Of a stretch of 64,000 nt of DNA, positions 1-10,000 are shown piece after piece. Both the position numbers and the translations under genes were made by a program. The stretch is from an uncultured Solibacteraceae bacterium (lineage in GTDB: Bacteria > Acidobacteriota > Terriglobia > Bryobacterales > Bryobacteraceae): positions 33,920 to 97,919 of the forward strand of contig CAWDWK010000008.1 in assembly GCA_963805775.1 (NCBI GenBank), written 5' to 3'. The notes under the pieces were generated by a model that was not told the origin of the DNA, did no database searches, and saw only the letters and a program-made list of their open reading frames with translations. Position 1 is the first letter of the stretch; each line of letters opens with the position of its first letter.

Positions 1-48
1 GCTAATCTTGGATGTTCGGGCATTCAAAACGAAAACGGAGAACAACGC

Positions 49-1068
49 GTGCATATCGTGGCCGGAGTGGATCTCGGCGGAACCGCCGTCAACTACACGT
101 TAGTCAACGAGGAAGAAAAGTTTCTTATCGAGGGCCTGTGCGAGCACCCCGCCCTTTCGAAACAGGGGCCGGATGTCTGCCTCCAACAGATCGAAGACGG
201 CCTCCGGATCGCGGCCGCCAACGCGGGCGTTCCGGTCTCCGATATCGTGGCCGTGGGGCTGGACACGCCCGGTCCGGCCAGCGGGTCCGGGGTGCTCAGC
301 GCAAAGGGTTCCACCAACTTCGTGCATCCCGATTGGGCGGGCTACGATATTCGCCGGAACCTGGAGAATCGCCTCGGCAAGCCGGTGACGTACCTCAATG
401 ACGGCAATGCCGGAGCCCTCTGGGGCCACTTCACGCTCTTCGGCGGCGATAGCCGCGAGACTTCGCTTTCCGCCATTATCGGCACCGGCCTTGGCGGCGG
501 CGTCATCGTGGAAGGCAACGTCGTCAAAGGCCGCAAGGGCTTCGGCGGCGAACTGGGCCACGTACTGATTCCCTACCAGAGCATCGCGGCCATCCAGGGC
601 CTCGATCCCGAATGCAACTGTGGCCGAATCGGATGCCTGGAATCGGTCTGCTCGCTGACCGCCATCGAACGGTCGTTCCTGCCGTATTTCCTGGCGCGCT
701 TTCCCGGCCACGACCTGGGCCGCCTGGGCGACATCCACAAGGCAGCCAAGCTGGTCCGCGGCCTGGCCGAGAAAGGCGACCCGATGTGCGTGGACATCTT
801 CCGCGTACAGGCCCACGCCCTGGGACTCTTCTTCGATGAGATGGTGAATACCTTCGACCCCGATGCGTTGATTGTGGGCGGCGGCGCCATCGAAACCGGC
901 GAGACGTTCCGGCGATGGTTTACCGGCGAGATTCGCGCAGGTATGCCTTCGCAGCGCGAAGAGCAGGCGGACATTCCCATCTACGTGATGCCCAATGGCG
1001 ACACCGCCGGCGCACGCGGCGCGGCCATCGAGGCACTCAAGCACGCGCGTCATAACGGCCTCGTCTAA
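49..1068 (+). CDS. ROK-family sugar kinase (glucokinase / N-acetylglucosamine kinase-like)
   Basis: 339-aa ORF with a GTG start at 49 and GGAG upstream. N-terminal ATP-binding motif VAGVDLGGT and ROK zinc motif CNCGRIGCLES. Confidence 0.85.
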   Translation: MHIVAGVDLGGTAVNYTLVNEEEKFLIEGLCEHPALSKQGPDVCLQQIEDGLRIAAANAGVPVSDIVAVGLDTPGPASGSGVLSAKGSTNFVHPDWAGYDIRRNLENRLGKPVTYLNDGNAGALWGHFTLFGGDSRETSLSAIIGTGLGGGVIVEGNVVKGRKGFGGELGHVLIPYQSIAAIQGLDPECNCGRIGCLESVCSLTAIERSFLPYFLARFPGHDLGRLGDIHKAAKLVRGLAEKGDPMCVDIFRVQAHALGLFFDEMVNTFDPDALIVGGGAIETGETFRRWFTGEIRAGMPSQREEQADIPIYVMPNGDTAGARGAAIEALKHARHNGLV

Positions 1069-1174
1069 TAACTTTAGTTACAACAGACTAGCACTGCAAA
1101 ACGGAAGCGGAGAATTGTGCCCCGTTTTCTCGCAAATAGGTGTATACTTCGCTGAAGTCGTAGGGAGTTTACTC

Positions 1175-2161
1175 TTGAAAAGACTGCGCTGGCTCACGTT
1201 ATCCGGCCTCGCCATTCTGGCCACCCTGGCATTTCTGGTTACCCGCACCGAGGCCCAGTCCGGCTCGGTCAAACTCATCGCCCCCGGAGTCTGGTTCCGC
1301 GAAGGCGATCTCGAAAACCTCGGCCACTGTAACAACACCATCATCGAGATGAAGGACTACTTGATTGTGGTAGACGCCAACTTCCCCAGCGGCGCGCGAC
1401 TGGTGCTGGATACCGCCCGGCGCATCTCGCCCAAGCCTGTGAAGTACGTTTTCGACACGCACCATCACGGCGACCACATGTACGGCAACCCGATCTGGAC
1501 CAAGGCCGGTGCAACCACACTCGCTTATTCCGGCGTGGTCGAAGAGATGAAGCGCTTCGAGCCCGATCGCTGGCAGGCCACTGCCAAGGGCCGCCCCGAC
1601 GTGGGCGAGATGCATCTCGACGCCCCCGAACCTCCCCAGCAGACCTTCGACAAAAGCCCGTTCATCCTGAAGGACGGCTCCCGCGAAGTGCGCTTCTATT
1701 TCTTCGGCTGGGCGCACACGCGCGGCGACGGCTTCGTGTACATTCCCGGCGACCAGGTGCTCTGCACCGGCGATGCAGTGGTCAATGGCCCGTACAATTT
1801 CACGGCCGACGCGAACGTCGGCAACTGGCCGAAGGTCGTACACTCCGCGCAGACGTTAACGGTGCGTTACGTGCTTCCCGGCCATGGTCCGTCGGGCGGC
1901 CCCGAGGTTCTGGAAGGCCAGGCAAGGTTCATGACCGAACTGCACAAGGCCGTAAACGACGCAATCAAACAGGGAAAGAAGTTCGAAGACGTGGTGCCGG
2001 CGGGCACCACTACCGTCTACGGCAACGTGGTCCCCGCCAAAACTTCACTTACCCTGCCCGGCAGCGTCAAGAATTGGACCGGCCCCTTCCTGGCCGCGCA
2101 AGTCCGCGACACCTGGGAAGAGATCGTGCAGAAGAAGCCCCACGGCGACATCCCTCACTAA
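1175..2161 (+). CDS. secreted MBL-fold metallo-hydrolase
   Basis: The ORF is open from 995 but that stretch overlaps the ROK gene. An in-frame TTG at 1175 gives a signal-peptide-like N-terminus (KRLRWLTLSGLAILATLAFLV). Metallo-beta-lactamase HxHxDH motif present as THHHGDH. Confidence 0.75.
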   Translation: MKRLRWLTLSGLAILATLAFLVTRTEAQSGSVKLIAPGVWFREGDLENLGHCNNTIIEMKDYLIVVDANFPSGARLVLDTARRISPKPVKYVFDTHHHGDHMYGNPIWTKAGATTLAYSGVVEEMKRFEPDRWQATAKGRPDVGEMHLDAPEPPQQTFDKSPFILKDGSREVRFYFFGWAHTRGDGFVYIPGDQVLCTGDAVVNGPYNFTADANVGNWPKVVHSAQTLTVRYVLPGHGPSGGPEVLEGQARFMTELHKAVNDAIKQGKKFEDVVPAGTTTVYGNVVPAKTSLTLPGSVKNWTGPFLAAQVRDTWEEIVQKKPHGDIPH

Positions 2162-2233
2162 GAGTCTGGGGCAGTGTTCGCGTTCTTGTAGGCCGGGCAC
2201 TGCAGGGAACTTTATGCGCGCCCTGCCGGTCTA

Positions 2234-4684
2234 ATGGGAATGCTCCTGAACGACATCCGCTACGCCCTGCGGCTGATGCGGCGCAGCCCCGGCTTCACCG
2301 CCGTGGCCGTCCTCTCGCTGGCACTCGGGATCGGCGCCAACACCGCCATCTACAGCTTGTTCTACACGATCATGCTGCGCCAACTCCCGGTGGAGCATCC
2401 CGAGCAGCTCGTGGAGTTGGTGCGGGACTCCCCGACCGAGCTTCATTGGCCAGGCTATTGGGCATGGGAGCAGTATGAGTACCTCCGCGATCACAATCAC
2501 GTTTTCTCGGGGATCACCGGCATGGGGTTCGACAATCTGGCTCAGGTGCGCATGCCGAGGTTCCGATCCGGAAACGTTGATCCAGGAGAGCGTGCCGGGG
2601 AATTACTTCCAGGTGCTCGGGCTTAAAGCCGGCGATCGGGCGGTTGTTTGGCCCGGAGGATGTCCCGGCGAGCGGGGACGGGGATGTGGCGGTGGTGAGC
2701 TGGTCGTACTGGGACCGGCGGTTCCATCGCGATCCGGCGATTCTCGGCAAGCGGATTTTCTACAATGACGCGCCGAAAATCATCATCGGCGTCGCGCCGC
2801 GCGCGTACGTGGGGCCGCGGGTGGGCTCCCGGACAGACCTTTGGATTCCGGCGGCGCACTTCGGTCTCACCATGCTGGCGCGTTTGAAGCCGGGCGTGAC
2901 CATCCAGCAGGCGCAGGCGGAAATCGCCGTGCTGTACCAGGGGCTGCATGAACAGGACGCCTCGCGTGGCAGGAATCCGCGGGCGGCAACCAGGATGGAA
3001 TTGCTGCCGGCGGGCGCGGGCCTGGTGCGCGTGCGCGACCAGTACGGCAAACCGCTGGTGCTGCTGACGGCGGTGGTGGGCACTGCTGCTGCTGCTGGCG
3101 TGCATCAACATGGCGAGCATGCTGCTGGCGCGATCCGCGGGGCGCCAGCGGGAACTGGCCGTGCGCGTGGGGCTGGGCGCCGGCCGCGGCCGGCTGGTGA
3201 GGCAGATGCTGACCGAATCGCTGCTTCTTTCCGGAGCGGGCGCGGCGGCCGGCGTGGTGGTGGCGTATTACGGGATCGGCATCCTGGTGCGCATCATGGC
3301 GAGCAGCCGCGCATTCGAGCACATCGAAATCGAGGTCCACCCCGACCTGAACCTGGTGCTTTTCACCGCCGGAATCGCGCTGCTCACCGGCCTGCTGTTC
3401 GGCCTGGCGCCGGCATGGTACGCATTCCGGGCGGAGCCGGCAATGGCCTTGCGGCAGACCGGAAGGGGCGGCGACACCTGGTTTTGGCGCTGGTTCGGAA
3501 AGGGCCTGGTGGCGGCGCAGGTGGCTCTCTCGATTTTCCTGGTGACCGCTGCCGCCGTATTTCTGAACCACCTCGCGCGGCTGCGGAATTTCGACCTGGG
3601 CTTTCGCAGCGATCACGTGCTTCTGGTGACGCTCGATCCCTCACACAGCGGGTACAAGCCCGAGCAACTGGCCGCGCCCTACCAGGAGTTGCTGGCGCGG
3701 CTGGAGACCATTCCGCAGGTGCGCTCGGCCTCCATCAGCGGCTGCACTCCGCTGCAAGGCTGCGGGTCCGGAGGCCGCTACCTGATGGCGGAAGGGCATG
3801 TGGAGCGGCCGGAGGATCGGCAGCGGACCAGCGGTGACTTTTGTGGCGCCGCGGTATTTCGAAACGCTGGGCATACCGCTGATCGCCGGACGCGATTTTG
3901 CCTTCCGGGATGTGGGGCGGCCGCGCGTCGCGATTGTCAATCAGGCGATGGCGCGCCACTATTTCCCCGGCGTCAACCCAATCGGAAAGCACGTTGCGAT
4001 CGATCGGGACCCGAAGACCGGCGGGTGGTTCGGCAGCGAACAGCCTTACGAAATCATCGGATTGGTCGGGGACGCCAAAGCAGTTGAGCTTCGCGATGCT
4101 CCGTACCCCACGATCTACTTCAACATGTTCCAGGAGAGCCGCCTCCTGCATCAGTTCGAACTGCGCACTACCGTGGACCCGGAATCGGTCGCCGGGACGG
4201 TGCGGCGGATGGTGCGGGACGTCCTGAAGACGGTGCCGGTGAAGACGGTCACCACGCTCGCCGACCAGGTGGACTCGAACATCGTTCCCGAGCGCCTGAT
4301 CGCAACGCTCTCCGAGATTTTTCGGCTGCCTGGGCGTCGTGCTCGCCGGCATCGGGCTGTACGGCCTGCTGGCCTACACGGTCGCGCGGCGGACGAATGA
4401 GATCGGGATTCGGATGGCGCTGGGGGCGACAGCCAGCAGCGTGAGCGGGCTGGTGCTGCGGGACGTCCTGGGGATGGTGTGCGCCGGACTCGCTGGCCGG
4501 GGCGTCGATGGTGCTTTGGAGCAGACCGCTGGCAACCAGCCTTCTCTCCGATTTGAAATGGGAGAGCGCGTTGCCGCTGGCGATCGGCGGCGGGGCAATG
4601 ATTGCGGTCGCACTACTCGCCTCATATGTCCCAGTGCGACGGGCGGTTCGTGTGGACCCGATGGTGGCGCTGCGGCACGAATAG
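2234..4684 (+). pseudogene. ADOP-family (MacB/FtsX-like duplicated) permease, reading frame broken at least 6 times
   Basis: A full-length permease can be read only by joining track ORFs 2234.., 2475.., 2644.., 3110.., 3798.., 4339.. and a final frame ending at TAG 4682-4684. N-terminus is LRLMRRSPGFTAVAVLSLALGIGAN; C-terminus is [19 protein letters not shown]. Both FtsX-type blocks are present. Confidence 0.8.
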
Positions 4685-4695
4685 AAGTGGCGGAT

Positions 4696-5262
4696 TCAGC
4701 AGCGGAGCGCGTCCATGGGGTCGATTCGCGTGGCGCGGATCGCGGGGAGGCAGGTGGCGAAGAGGGCCACCGCGGAGAGCAGGAGCACCACGGCGGCCAG
4801 GACCAACGGATCCCAGGTGGGAATGCCGAAGATGAGGTGCACCATCACGCGGGTCAGGGCAAGGGCCGCGGGGACGCCGATGACGATGCCGAGAAATGCC
4901 AGCCGCATGCCCTGCAGCATCACCATGAAGCGCGCGTCTTCCGGCCCGGCGCCAAGCGCCATGCGCACGCCGATTTCCTGGGTCCGCTGCTGCACGGAAT
5001 ACGCGATCAGGCCATAAAGGCCGACGGCCGCGAGAAGCAGTGCGATCACGGCGAAAGGAATGAGCAGCATGATGTAGAAGCCTGCCCGCGCGGCAGATGC
5101 GGCGACCACTTCGCGCATGCTGCGAACCGGTTCCAGGGGGCGGCCGCCGCTGAGCTCGCGAAGCTCACGTTGCACCGCGGCGGTGGGTGGGTTCGAGCCG
5201 GCGGCGGTGCGGATTACCCAGGTAATGGGAAGCAGGCGATTGTTGCGGGCGTTGAAGATCTG
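4696..5262 (-). pseudogene. 3-prime fragment of a second ADOP permease (last FtsX domain only)
   Basis: The C-terminal ~190 aa of ORF 4696..5502 match the permease tail ([11 protein letters not shown]..., [25 protein letters not shown]..., [17 protein letters not shown]). Nothing upstream resembles the first ~650 aa of the family. Confidence 0.65.
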
Positions 5263-5621
5263 CTTGCACGGACATTCGTGTGGGGTAGCTTTGCACCTGG
5301 AATGCCGGGCGTCAATTATTGGGATTGTGTGTGTGGGAGTGGGCGCCTGTTCGATTGTGGTACGAGGGTGAGTGGAGCCGGGAAAAGAGAAGAGCGCGAT
5401 CAGGTTAGGCGCTGCCGGATTCGGGCGCCATCCATCGCAGCAGGAAGAAGTGACGGCCGCACAGTTCGCACCGGTAAGGGAGGAGGATCCAGTGGATAGC
5501 ATGTTCCAGCGCGTTGCGGGGGCCTACGCCTCTGAACTCGACGGATCCACAGTGCGCACAGTGGGGGGACACAACCTACTGTAGCGCGATCCGCGGCCGA
5601 GTGCTGGTTGTGGCCGCGGGA

Positions 5622-5786
5622 TCAGCGCGCCGTGCCGGGCTTGCCGTCAGGGTTCAGGTCGGGACGGCTGACCTGGCGGGCGGCTTCGATCTGTTCGTGA
5701 GTTCTTACGTCGGGTTCGGAGAGTTTGACGTGCTCCCGGGCGCGTGCCACCTGACGTTTGTGACGCTTAGCGAGTCTCTTGTCCAT
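5622..5786 (-). CDS. small basic hypothetical protein (54 aa)
   Basis: Not in the track because it is under 60 aa. ATG at 5786 is preceded by GGAG (tctggagttATG). Translation MDKRLAKRHKRQVARAREHVKLSEPDVRTHEQIEAARQVSRPDLNPDGKPGTAR, stop at 5622-5624. No family recognised. Confidence 0.3.
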   Translation of the reverse strand: MDKRLAKRHKRQVARAREHVKLSEPDVRTHEQIEAARQVSRPDLNPDGKPGTAR

Positions 5787-5821
5787 AACTCCAGATTACA
5801 CCTGCGGTAAGCTGGATCCCT

Positions 5822-7015
5822 ATGAGGCGCTCCTGGACTTTGGTTTTTGCCGCCACTTTGGCATATGGGCAAGCTGTTGTGATTCGCACGTCTACCTTGC
5901 TGGATGGGAAGGGACATGTCCTGAAGAATACGGACCTGGTGATCGAAGGCGGACGCATCACGCGGATTGCGCAGGCGAGCGGCAAGCCGGCGATCGATTT
6001 GACGGGCATGACCGTGATGCCGGGCTGGATCGATACGCATGTGCATCCCACGTGGTATTTCAATCAGGATGGAAGGCTCGAGCAGGGCGGACGCGGGTCG
6101 AAATCGACGCCGCAACAGGCGGCGCTTTACGCGGCGGCAAATCTTTACGCGACACTGATCGGCGGGTTCACCACCGTGCAGAGCGTGGGGGCGGAACTGG
6201 ACGGCGATCTGCGCGCGCAAATCGCAGCGGGCGCGATTGCGGGACCGCGCCTGTTGACCTCGCTGCGACAGATCAATGAGAACACCGGGAACCCCGAACA
6301 AATCCGCGAATACGTGCGGAAGATGAAAGCGGACGGCGCGGACGTGGTGAAGCTGTTTGCCACGGCAAGCATTCGCGACGGCGGCAGGATGACAATGACG
6401 CCGGAGCAGATTACGGCGGCCTGCGGGGAGGCCAGGGCGCAGGGGCTGCGGAGCGTGGTCCATGCTCATTCGTCGGACGGGGCGCGGGCCGCGGTGATGG
6501 CGGGGTGCACATCGATCGAGCACGGCACGTTCCTGGACGACGACACGTTGGAACTGATGGCGCAGCGCGGCGTCTATTTCGACCCGAATTTCCTGGTGCT
6601 GCACAATTACCTGGACAATAAACCCAAGTTCCTGGGCATCGGCAACTACAACGAGGAAGGGTTCGCGGCGATGGAGAAGGGTCTGCCGCTGGTGGCGGAA
6701 GTGTTGAAGCGGGCGCGGAGGCATCACGTGAAAGTGGTCCTGGGGACGGACGGCGTCGCGGGCGCGCACGGACGGAACGCGGAAGAGTTTATCTACCGGG
6801 TGAAGGAAGGCGGCGACAAGCCGATGGACGCGCTGACTAGCGGCGCGGGCGTAGCGGCGGAATCGTTGGGGATGGCGGACCGGATCGGCACCATTGCGGA
6901 AGGCATGCAGGCGGATTTGGTGGCGGTGGAGGGCGACCCTCTGGCGGACATCACGGCGGTGCGGCGCGTGGCATTCGTGATGAAGGGCGGGAAGGTTTAC
7001 AGGTACGGGAAGTAG
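5822..7015 (+). CDS. secreted metal-dependent amidohydrolase family protein
   Basis: 397-aa ORF with a signal peptide. Typical amidohydrolase N-terminal strand and metal motif (VMPGWIDTHVH), plus later HAHS and GTD blocks. Confidence 0.8.
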   Translation: MRRSWTLVFAATLAYGQAVVIRTSTLLDGKGHVLKNTDLVIEGGRITRIAQASGKPAIDLTGMTVMPGWIDTHVHPTWYFNQDGRLEQGGRGSKSTPQQAALYAAANLYATLIGGFTTVQSVGAELDGDLRAQIAAGAIAGPRLLTSLRQINENTGNPEQIREYVRKMKADGADVVKLFATASIRDGGRMTMTPEQITAACGEARAQGLRSVVHAHSSDGARAAVMAGCTSIEHGTFLDDDTLELMAQRGVYFDPNFLVLHNYLDNKPKFLGIGNYNEEGFAAMEKGLPLVAEVLKRARRHHVKVVLGTDGVAGAHGRNAEEFIYRVKEGGDKPMDALTSGAGVAAESLGMADRIGTIAEGMQADLVAVEGDPLADITAVRRVAFVMKGGKVYRYGK

Positions 7016-7018
7016 GGG

Positions 7019-10000
7019 ATGGACAGCAAAACAAGCATAGCGGCCCTGATTCTCATGACCGCGAGTATTTTCTTTTTTGGGGAATCCAAGAGCACTTCGA
7101 ACGCGCTGGCGGCATCTCAAACTGGCAGCAGCAAACAGGCAGCGCCGGTGAAAGGCGACGCGGCTGCCGCCCCGGCGGAACCGGGTCCCTGGACTCCGGT
7201 CTGCCGGTACGTGGGAAAGGTTGCGACGGAGGCAGAGGTACAGAAAGGAGAGCTGAAGGAGCAGTTCTGCCTGGCGTCCAACGACCTGCACGTGTCTACG
7301 TTGATCGCGACGGTTCCCAATCCGGAACTGACGCACCTCTCGCTGTCGTTCGACCGGTATGTCGAGAGTATTACCTGGGCGCTCGATGACGGAGATTTGG
7401 ACAAAGAGAGTTACTCGTTCGACAGTTACTGGTTTCCCTGGCGTAACGATCTGAAGGAAGAGGCCGATCTCGAAAAGCGCACGACCGCGGAGAAGGAGCG
7501 GGAGAAACGTTCCGATACGCCGGGAATTCTGTTATTCCGGCGAAACCTGCAACACCCGGACGCGAACTACCCTCATCCGGAAAGAGATCTGCTTCTGGTA
7601 TTCCTGGTGGGCGAAACGCCGACGTCCGGCATCAACCGCGCGGCATTTGAGAAAGCCTGGAGTTATGCCACTAAGTTAGCCGGCACGGAGTTACCTATCT
7701 GCCGTAATGCCAAGAGTAACTCCGGATCGTGCGTCGCCATCGTCGGACCCAGCTTTACAGGTTCGCTGCCTTCACTGAAGCTCGTCCTCGAAAAGGCCCA
7801 CACTACGGGCTATGAGTCATTTGTGATCAGCGGTGCTGTGACGGGCGAGGACCCGAGCACAAAGAACCTGCCGGACAATACCCACTTCTGCACCACCATC
7901 GAAACCGACGAGAACCGGTGGCAGGTTTTACGGCAAGTGCTGGTGAACCTGTCGAAGCTGGCCTTCTGGGAGTCCGACGGCGAACTCCTGAAACATTTCG
8001 CCATTCTCGGGGAGGATGAGACGGAGTATGGAAACCTGCAGAGGGTAGTGGGCGGCAAAGACCTTCTGGCCTTGCGTTTTCCGCGCGGCATTGCGCGTGT
8101 CCGAAACTCCGCGGACAGCTTGCCGGGACTGGTGACTCCGGCCGGTGACACAAGCTATCCGGAACTGCCGCTGGTTCTACGCGACACCGGGCAGGACACG
8201 CTGCCGGGCTTCTCCCAGCAGCAGACCCCGGTTTCGCAGGAAGCGGTGCTGCTCGAACTGGTCGCCACGCTGCGGCGCGAAGGAATCCGATATGTGGGTA
8301 TCGTAGCCACGGACCCGCTGGACGCGCTCTTTCTCACGCGCGCGCTACACTCGCTGGCGCCGAACATACGGATCGTGCTCTTCAGCGCCGATCTGCTTTT
8401 CGCGCGCGCGTCGCACACGTGGGGTCTCAGTGGGGTGCTGGCGGTGACCTCGTACCCGTTGATTTCCCGCAACCAATACTATGAGGGCGTGGTCTATCCC
8501 AGACGCACTCAATTTGCCAACGACGCCGCGGAAGGCGTATACAACGCCTGCCGCCGCATGCTGCTGCAAGCGCCGAAAAGCGACGACCCACGGCCCTGCA
8601 GCGCCGCCAACCAGATCGCAAGAGGCGACAGCTCGAAGCAGGACTATTTGCTAGACTATGCGCCGCCGTTCGCCGCACCAGATCACATGCACAAACCTTC
8701 CGTGTGGTTGACGATTCTGGGCCGCAACGAGTGGTGGCCGGTGGCCGCGGCCACGGTGAACAGCAAGGAAACCCGGCTTCTGGAAGGCCCGGCTCCGGCG
8801 TCCCACAATACGGAGCATTTCTCGGTGGAAGCAAGTCCGCGGCCGTGGTCCATGTTCTTCTGGCTGGCCTGGATAGCCTGCACGATGCACGTTGCGCTGG
8901 TCTACTGCTTGAACTTCGCGCATCGGAAAACCGTGAGGTGGTGGAAATACCGCTCTTTGCGACGCCTGGCCTGGCGCTACAAGCCGGATCTGGAACGGAG
9001 ACGGCGGGTCACGCTCGCAGGAGCTTCGTTCACGGTGGCCCTCGTGTATTGTGCGCTGGCGCTGGCGGTCCGGACGAGCGGCGTGAAGGGTGCGGGATAC
9101 TTACAACTTGCGGTTGCCGCGGCGATGGGGGCGGCGGCCATCGCCCAGGCGCTGTGGACCGTCTGGGGGATCAAAGAAACCCGCTATAAGCTGTTCTGGC
9201 TCTCCGCGGCGGCGCTCATCGCGATCGCGCAGATTGCCGGCACCTGCTACGCGGCGCTTTCCGATTCCGCCGGGCGCGCGCGTGAATTCGCGGGATACCG
9301 TGCCGTACACATCGAGAGCGGCGCGTCGCCCGTGTTGCCCGTGATCGCGCTGCTGGCGGTCATCTATCTATTTTGCTGGCTCCGCCTCTCGCGTCTGCGA
9401 ATCCACGAAGAGCGGCACGCCGAACCGCCGCAGGGCGATGATGCGAAGGCGTTTCCGGACTTGTGCATTCCCGACAAGGCGGTACAACCGCTGGGCGTCG
9501 TGCAATGGATGCTGGTCGTCACAGCAGTGCTTGCGTGGTGGGCCTTCTTTCATCCGCTCAAGGCGCTGGCGACAATCGAGGGCACTTTCTACGATTTGGT
9601 CCTGTCGGGCCTTTCGTCCGTCGTAATCCTCATGTTTGCCATGGTGCTGGTTCGATTTTTAGTGACCTGGCGCGCCATGCGGAAACTCCTCCAGGACCTC
9701 GAGCGCCATCCCCTGCGTTACGCATTCTCCCGGTTGCCGAAGAGTTTCAGTTGGACCACGGTCTGGGTCGGCGACCCGCGGCCGCAATTGATCACGCCGG
9801 CTCGCTCACTCGATGCGTTGCGCATGATTCCCGACGAGAAGGTTGAAGAACAGGCTTGGAAAATCGAGGCCGAGCTACAGGCCCTCAAGAGGCAGGACCG
9901 CTCGTTTGATAAAGTGCCCGATCACGTCTCAAGGCTCAATAACGCCTTGAACACCGCGTTCGGCCTGCTCTCGTCGAGCCGCCAGAACGCGTGGCACGAA

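Noticed and set aside
12-401. 129-aa Arg-rich ORF at the window start
   Set aside because: It overlaps the ROK kinase gene in another frame and has low-complexity Arg/Gly composition.
100-1053. Long antisense or alternative-frame ORFs throughout the track, for example 100..1053 -, 5705..7336 -, 14959..16452 -, 19805..21379 -, 48186..49868 -, 52515..54173 -, 54524..56020 -, 56039..57322 -, 58363..59472 -, 58869..60254 +
   Set aside because: They lie opposite or out of frame to ORFs with clear family motifs, have Arg/Ala/Gly/Pro-rich composition typical of shadow frames in high-GC DNA, and show no recognisable motifs.
995-1174. N-terminal extension of the MBL-fold hydrolase ORF
   Set aside because: It overlaps the 3-prime end of the ROK gene. 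An in-frame TTG at 1175 gives a normal signal peptide.
3083-3097. (CTG)5 microsatellite
   Set aside because: It encodes the Leu run of a permease transmembrane helix. Triplet slippage would not change the frame, and the nearby frame change lies just upstream of it.
4339-5499. 386-aa plus-strand ORF
   Set aside because: A composite: its first ~50 codons are one frame segment of the broken permease, and the remainder is antisense to the truncated permease fragment.
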